From positions 1-12,396 of the forward strand of contig JAZDCY010000065.1 of NCBI GenBank assembly GCA_036679645.1: DNA of 12,396 bases, read 5' to 3'. Position numbers and translations under genes: made by a program. A model generated the notes under the pieces. The model made no database searches and had not been told where the DNA came from. It was given only the letters and a program-made list of their open reading frames with translations. Source of the stretch: Gemmatimonadota bacterium. Its GTDB lineage: Bacteria > Gemmatimonadota > Gemmatimonadetes > Gemmatimonadales > GWC2-71-9. This document shows, piece by piece, positions 8,578 to 12,396 of this stretch (positions within the stretch are counted from its first letter, which is position 1; the number at the start of each line of letters is the position of its first letter).

Positions 8578-9252
8578 CTACAGATGGAATCTGAATAGCG
8601 CCTCGCCGGGAACGGGAGTCCCGTTGTTCGCCGTAGCGGGCAAAAAGATCGTCTCGTACATAATGTTGAGGAATTTTCTGAGGTAGGATAATTCCGCCAT
8701 TTCCGGGTCGACCCGCACGTTGGTCACTCGTCCCCGAGCGTCTACACAAAAATGAACCATGAACGTCCCGCCACTCATCGATCTCGGTACTGGGCGCGGC
8801 AGGTCCGAAATGGCACGGAGGATGGGATGGGTCCGGACCTCTTCCCCACCTGGACAACCGCTGAACCTAGCGAGCCCTAGACGCTCCCGGTGGAACTGGA
8901 TGTCTTCCCGACAATCCGGCCGCATCGTCTCGGCCCTATCGAAGGCGGTGTCAGCACCTATCAGATCCTCGGTCGCCGCGTAGTACAGCCCTATGTAATA
9001 CCAGATCGCCGGGTTGTCGTCCCGGTCTCGGTCAAGTGCATCGAACAACACGCGGCGTGCGTGCCGAAGGTGCCGCTCGCGCTCATCTGGAAAGCGCGTG
9101 CGCTCCGCCGCCCGGAGGTACGTGACTGCGCTCCTCAGCAGGTAATGCCCGGTGTTGAGTTCACACTCTAGAATGATCCGCTGCCCAAACGCGGCGGTCG
9201 CACCCGCACTGATCAGGACTGCTGTGCAAGCCAGGGCAGCTAGCTTTTTCAT
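8578..9252 (-). CDS. Secreted protein with TPR-like helical region and C-terminal TonB_C-like domain
   Basis: Signal peptide MKKLAALACTAVLISAGATAAFG. TPR-like WYYIGLYY..ADTAFDRAE. TonB_C-like GTFMVHFCVDARGRVTNVRV...FLPATANNGTPVPG. Confidence 0.7.
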   Translation of the reverse strand: MKKLAALACTAVLISAGATAAFGQRIILECELNTGHYLLRSAVTYLRAAERTRFPDERERHLRHARRVLFDALDRDRDDNPAIWYYIGLYYAATEDLIGADTAFDRAETMRPDCREDIQFHRERLGLARFSGCPGGEEVRTHPILRAISDLPRPVPRSMSGGTFMVHFCVDARGRVTNVRVDPEMAELSYLRKFLNIMYETIFLPATANNGTPVPGEALFRFHL

Positions 9253-9259
9253 AGGTCGT

Positions 9260-9616
9260 TCATCGCCCTGCAGCTAGTTCTTCGAGCGACGCCCGCGCTT
9301 CGGTCACCATCCACACGTAGGCGGGATCGGGCTGCGTGAACGTTTCCAAAAACGTGAGGTAGTGCTCCTCGACGCGGTCGTACCGCTCGAGGCTGTACCT
9401 TGCAAGTCGAATTACCTCGCGCTGCGTTTCGACCGCTTCTTCGAATCGAGCCATCCCGGCAAGTGCTTCACCTTTGGCCGGTAGTGCGACGTGGCGCTCG
9501 TGGCGGATGTCCTCGGCAAGGTAGACGGTCGCCATGCCACCGCTGCCCAGTTTCCGCTGGACGGCGTAGCGGTCCGCGAGGGCGGATTGAAGGCGGTCGA
9601 GTTGTTCCTCTGCCAC
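9260..9616 (-). pseudogene. Internally deleted Hanks-type Ser/Thr kinase-TPR gene (N-lobe start fused in frame to TPR fragment and tail copy B)
   Basis: LADRYAVQRKLGSGGMATVYLAEDIRHERHVAL is subdomains I-II, broken just before the invariant Lys (about nt 9481). It is followed by TPR-like AKGEALAGMARFEEAVETQREVI and EHYLTFLETFTQPDP...GR*. AGGAG RBS at 9626-9630 before GTG 9616. Confidence 0.85.
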
Positions 9617-9704
9617 GGGGTGTGGCTCCTGCTGGCGACGGGACAAAGATGGGTGTCGGGACTCAGCCTGGCCAGCCGGGCTCTTGCGAGGGGCCGGCCG
9701 CTAA

Positions 9705-10128
9705 TTCACCGCGGAGATCGCAGAGAATGCTCTGGCAGGTTGTTGACGAGGCGCCTGATGCCGGTCGTGAGCTGTCTAACGTTGAAGTTGATGAGTAGGC
9801 CGAGCCGACAGCCGGAGAGCTTCAGGTAGGAAAGAAGCTGAGCCTCGTGGATGGGCTCGATGCGCGCGACCGATTTGAGCTCGACAATCACACACCGTTC
9901 TACGATCATGTCGATACGATAGCCGCAGTCGACGCGAGGGCCTTTGTAGAATACCGGCCGTGCCTTCTGCCGTTCGGTGTACAACCTTCGCGCTCCCAAC
10001 TCATGCAACAAACAGGCTTCATACGTCGACTCGAGTAGCCCCGGGCCCAGCGCGCGATGCACCTCGATCGCGGCGATGATCCCCTCGGTGAGATCATTAA
10101 TGCTCATCTCTGCGTTCTCTGCGGTGAA
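9705..10128. repeat. 21-bp inverted repeat bracketing the GxxExxY ORF
   Basis: 9705-9725 TTCACCGCGGAGATCGCAGAG versus reverse complement of 10108-10128, TTCACCGCAGAGAACGCAGAG: 19/21 identical. Confidence 0.9.
9706..10107 (-). CDS. GxxExxY family PD-(D/E)XK nuclease-like protein
   Basis: 133 aa from ATG 10107. AIEVHRALGPGLLESTYE (G-x-x-E-x-x-Y), YRIDMIVE..VIVELKSV, HEAQLLSYLKL and GLLINFN. Confidence 0.93.
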   Translation of the reverse strand: MSINDLTEGIIAAIEVHRALGPGLLESTYEACLLHELGARRLYTERQKARPVFYKGPRVDCGYRIDMIVERCVIVELKSVARIEPIHEAQLLSYLKLSGCRLGLLINFNVRQLTTGIRRLVNNLPEHSLRSPR

Positions 10129-10167
10129 ACAATCCCGCTCCCGGAAGCGGGTCCCGGGACGCCAGGT

Positions 10168-10202
10168 GCAAATCTGCAATCGCCAATCGGCAATCGCCGA
10201 TC
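10168..10202 (-). repeat. GATTNNN x5 heptamer array upstream of GxxExxY
   Basis: Minus strand reads (agaac) gatcggc gattgcc gattggc gattgca gatttgc, the same family and same AGAAC lead-in as 7236-7275. Confidence 0.85.
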
Positions 10203-10238
10203 GTTCTGCCGCCCGACAGGATCAGAATCGCGCAAGAG

Positions 10239-10272
10239 AAAAAGCCCCACCGCGTGTTGCACTCGGCAGGGC
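10239..10272 (-). terminator. Intrinsic terminator of the HTH/DUF6036-like operon
   Basis: Minus-strand RNA GCCCUGCCG-A-GUG-CAA-CAC-G-CGGUGGGGC followed by UUUUU. Confidence 0.75.
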
Positions 10273-10286
10273 CCCTCGCACGGTGC

Positions 10287-10358
10287 TGTTTCTGAGCGTC
10301 TGAGCACCTGTGCGTCTGTGCGTCTGTGCGTCTGTGCGTCTGTGCGTCTGTGCGTCTG
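10287..10358. repeat. 8-bp tandem repeat (TGCGTCTG)x6 perfect plus 3 degenerate units
   Basis: Perfect copies 10311-10358. Degenerate TGTTTCTG, AGCGTCTG, AGCACCTG at 10287-10310. Confidence 0.95.
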
Positions 10359-10393
10359 TCAGTAATGGGCACAGGGTGCCGCCGCTGCCAACA

Positions 10394-10954
10394 TCACTTA
10401 GGACGTCGCTTCAGCCGCGCCAAGCTGAGTTCTCTTGCGGTACCATCTACCCATTCGCGTAGCCTGGTTCGTTGGTCGTCCGGCAGCGGGAGCAAGTTGA
10501 TCAGGCGTACCAGACGATTCGGATCAATCAGTCGCTCGCGCAGCAAGATCCGCACAAACTCACGATCCTTGTCCCGGAAGGCTGCAAGCTTGCTTGCGGC
10601 AAGATCATGAGCCTCGAGGCAGAAGCCGGTTGCGTCTTCCGTATTCGGGTTTCGCACCGTCTTGGTCCGCCCTTGCCAACCCCGAGGCAGAATCGCCGTC
10701 TCGATCGAGACTCCGTGGACGTAGAAACCGTGGGTCTGGTGGAACTGCGATCCTTCGCCCAGAGCCCCGTCGATGCGATCGACGAGGTCGGGATGGTTTT
10801 TGGGATCAACGTCGACCTCGATCGACATGCGCAGTGCCTCCGATGCCTCGGGATGTTGCCCCAGTATGCTCTGCGAGCCGAACACCCACAGCTCGGTGTC
10901 TCCGACCACATCGCAGGCGGCCCGGATAGCGTGCTCGAGTTCGTCCCGGGTCAC
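10394..10954 (-). CDS. DUF6036-like nucleotidyltransferase (putative toxin)
   Basis: MTRDELEHAIRAA..LWVFGSQSILG..SIEVDV (GS plus acidic ExD dyad), IDGALGEGSQFHQTHGFY, LPRGW and DLAASKLAAFRDKD. GTGA overlap with the upstream gene. Family name is from recall, not a search. Confidence 0.8.
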   Translation of the reverse strand: MTRDELEHAIRAACDVVGDTELWVFGSQSILGQHPEASEALRMSIEVDVDPKNHPDLVDRIDGALGEGSQFHQTHGFYVHGVSIETAILPRGWQGRTKTVRNPNTEDATGFCLEAHDLAASKLAAFRDKDREFVRILLRERLIDPNRLVRLINLLPLPDDQRTRLREWVDGTARELSLARLKRRPK

Positions 10955-11904
10955 CGTTGACCTCGCGGGGAGTCGGACTGCTCGTCGGCAGCTTGCAGAA
11001 ACGCGATCGGCATGGACTGCCGCAGCCGCATCGCACGTTCACTGCGGCCGGCAAGCCAGCTTCGCAGTCGCGGAATGCTCATGCTATCGAGCACCCCCTG
11101 CCATTCGCGAAGCGTCCTCGCCTCCTGCGGCGGCGCCGTCAGAAGGCGTTTCGCCACTTCATCACGGGCTTCCCTCACCAATTCCGGCCGCCGCTCGAGC
11201 GCTGCTGCGGCTTGCTTGGCACGATCAAGGAGAGCTTCGTCGACGGCCACGTGCGATCGGCGACCGGCGCCACGGGGCTCGCCCGCGAGCCTCTGAGGCA
11301 AGACGCCCCACAACAGGATCGGCTGGCCGGTAGCTAGGAGTGGTGCCCAGTCGAGAGCCTCGAGGTCCGGCCGGGTCCATCCGCGCACTTCTACAGACAC
11401 GTCTTCGCGACGCATTAGTTCGGCTACTGGCTCCCGAAGGGCGTCCGTCAGTGCATCGACCTCCCCGCTCGCCGCCAGAACGCCAACTTCGAGTCCCGTG
11501 CCATCCGGCGGCGCGCCCTCGCTCAACCAAACAGCCCTCGCCCGGTTCGCGTGTTCCTTCACCCGTGACCTGAGTTGACTTGTAACCCGGTCGAATCGTC
11601 CCTTTTCGGCTTCGAACAGCATTTGCAGCGCTGAAGCGAGAGGATGCCCGGTGCTCAGGCGCACCTGCTGCTGCAAACCTGTTCCAACGCGCTCGACGAC
11701 ACCGGTCTCCACCAAGCGATTGACAGCCAGCTGAACGGCGCGGAGGTGCTGCCCCGCCCTGCGAGCGAGTTCGCGAACCGCCATCGATTGGCGCGTGTGC
11801 TCCAGCACCCGCAGGATCCGGACGTGACTCTTCGTACCCAGGATCATGTCCCACGAGTTTCGTAGGTTGTTTGCGTTCGTCCGTTTGGTTCCCACAGCGG
11901 GCAC
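10951..11904 (-). CDS. wHTH + degenerate minimal-nucleotidyltransferase-like + C-terminal RLRQSxP helical domain (putative antitoxin/repressor)
   Basis: wHTH: VRILRVL..MAVRELARRAG..AVQLAVNRLVETGVVERVG. Middle RAVWLSEG...LEVGVL resembles the MNT fold without GS/DxD. C-terminus EWQGVL...SERAMRLRQSMP. Start GTG 11904 is uncertain. Confidence 0.75.
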   Translation of the reverse strand: MPAVGTKRTNANNLRNSWDMILGTKSHVRILRVLEHTRQSMAVRELARRAGQHLRAVQLAVNRLVETGVVERVGTGLQQQVRLSTGHPLASALQMLFEAEKGRFDRVTSQLRSRVKEHANRARAVWLSEGAPPDGTGLEVGVLAASGEVDALTDALREPVAELMRREDVSVEVRGWTRPDLEALDWAPLLATGQPILLWGVLPQRLAGEPRGAGRRSHVAVDEALLDRAKQAAAALERRPELVREARDEVAKRLLTAPPQEARTLREWQGVLDSMSIPRLRSWLAGRSERAMRLRQSMPIAFLQAADEQSDSPRGQR

Positions 11905-11912
11905 CCCGATAA

Positions 11913-11950
11913 GACTAATGAATTAGTCGTTTGACTAATACGTTAGTCAA
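11913..11950. promoter_or_regulatory. Two tandem palindromic operators GACTAA-N4-TTAGTC overlapping a candidate minus-strand promoter
   Basis: GACTAATGAATTAGTC (11913-11928) and TTGACTAATACGTTAGTCAA (11931-11950), centres 20 bp apart. TTGACT -35-like hexamer at 11950-11945 (minus). AT-rich island 8 nt from the start codon. Confidence 0.8.
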
Positions 11951-12050
11951 TCTCCGCCTAGCTGGCAAGGGTAGTACCTACCACAACACCCGCACGAAGA
12001 CGCGAGTGTCGCCGTGCGCGTTGCTGGAGCGGATAGTCTTGCGGCGGCGA

Positions 12051-12157
12051 CCGTCCTTGCGCCAACGTTCCGAGCGCCGCTCGCGCCTTGGTCGCGCGAT
12101 GTGCGCGTGCTCGGGATCGGGCTGCGTGAAGGTCTCCAAGAACGTGATGTAATGCTC
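12051..12157 (-). pseudogene. Frameshifted 3' tail (copy C) of the same TPR/kinase-type gene family
   Basis: RAQEHYITFLETFTQPDPEHAHI, then after 2 extra nt (GC) ATKARAALGTLAQGR, which aligns with ..VTEARASLEELAAGR of copy B. Confidence 0.75.
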
Positions 12158-12396
12158 CTGGGCGCGGGGGTCCGCCGCTAAAGCGGCGGTTGCCGAGTCA
12201 TCGCTCGTCTGCGACTCGCGATGCTCGGCCTGCACCGCTCGCAAGCTCGCGGACACGATCGGCTGATGTCACTAAAGTGACTTGGGTAGTGTCCCTATCT
12301 TTGTGTAATTGCTGACCCTCGACAGGAGGGAGAAAAAAGAGGAAGCTCCTCGGGTGCAGGTGAACCCGAACTCCGACCGCTGTTAACGCAGCGATC

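Noticed and set aside
8541..8857. Upstream portion of the 133-aa ORF 8456-8857
   Set aside because: Alternate frame over the TPR-TonB_C gene; only the last 27 or so codons (tail copy A) are meaningful.
4549..10358. CRISPR array interpretation of the short repeats
   Set aside because: Units are 7-9 bp tandem repeats with no unique spacers, and there are no cas genes.
10097..10610. ORFs with RRTDAQTH / CASVRLCV repeats
   Set aside because: Translations of the TGCGTCTG tandem repeat, not credible proteins.
8516..12134. Strict attL/attR prophage or integrative element defined by the 25-bp direct repeat
   Set aside because: Copy C continues with homologous, frameshifted tail sequence beyond the core, a third copy lies inside, and no integrase is present. 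Kept only as a paralog-tail/recombination hypothesis.

Overview
GC-rich bacterial DNA. The kinase remnant (..LADRY..LGSGGMATVYLAED..VAL) and overall style suggest Gemmatimonadota; this is inference. The left two-thirds is mostly housekeeping: a 5'-truncated M20 peptidase, glnA (GSI-beta), two tandem ZIP/ZupT-like transporters, a PP2C phosphatase, a stand-alone DmdA-like GcvT-family demethylase, a monoheme cytochrome c and a probable lipoprotein. From about 8450 onward is a minus-strand accessory region. It holds three copies of the 3' tail of a TPR/Ser-Thr-kinase-type gene, a TPR-TonB_C gene, a collapsed kinase gene, a GxxExxY nuclease gene and a wHTH/degenerate-MNT + DUF6036-like nucleotidyltransferase operon with twin palindromic operators. 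The most unusual structure is a family of short repeats (GATTNNN heptamer arrays and TCACCGCAGAG arms). A 21-bp inverted repeat brackets the GxxExxY ORF exactly from start to stop codon, and gene-less versions of these repeats sit at 7241-7321 and 4549-4663. Together they suggest a small transposase-less, nuclease-associated mobile or RNA-structured element.
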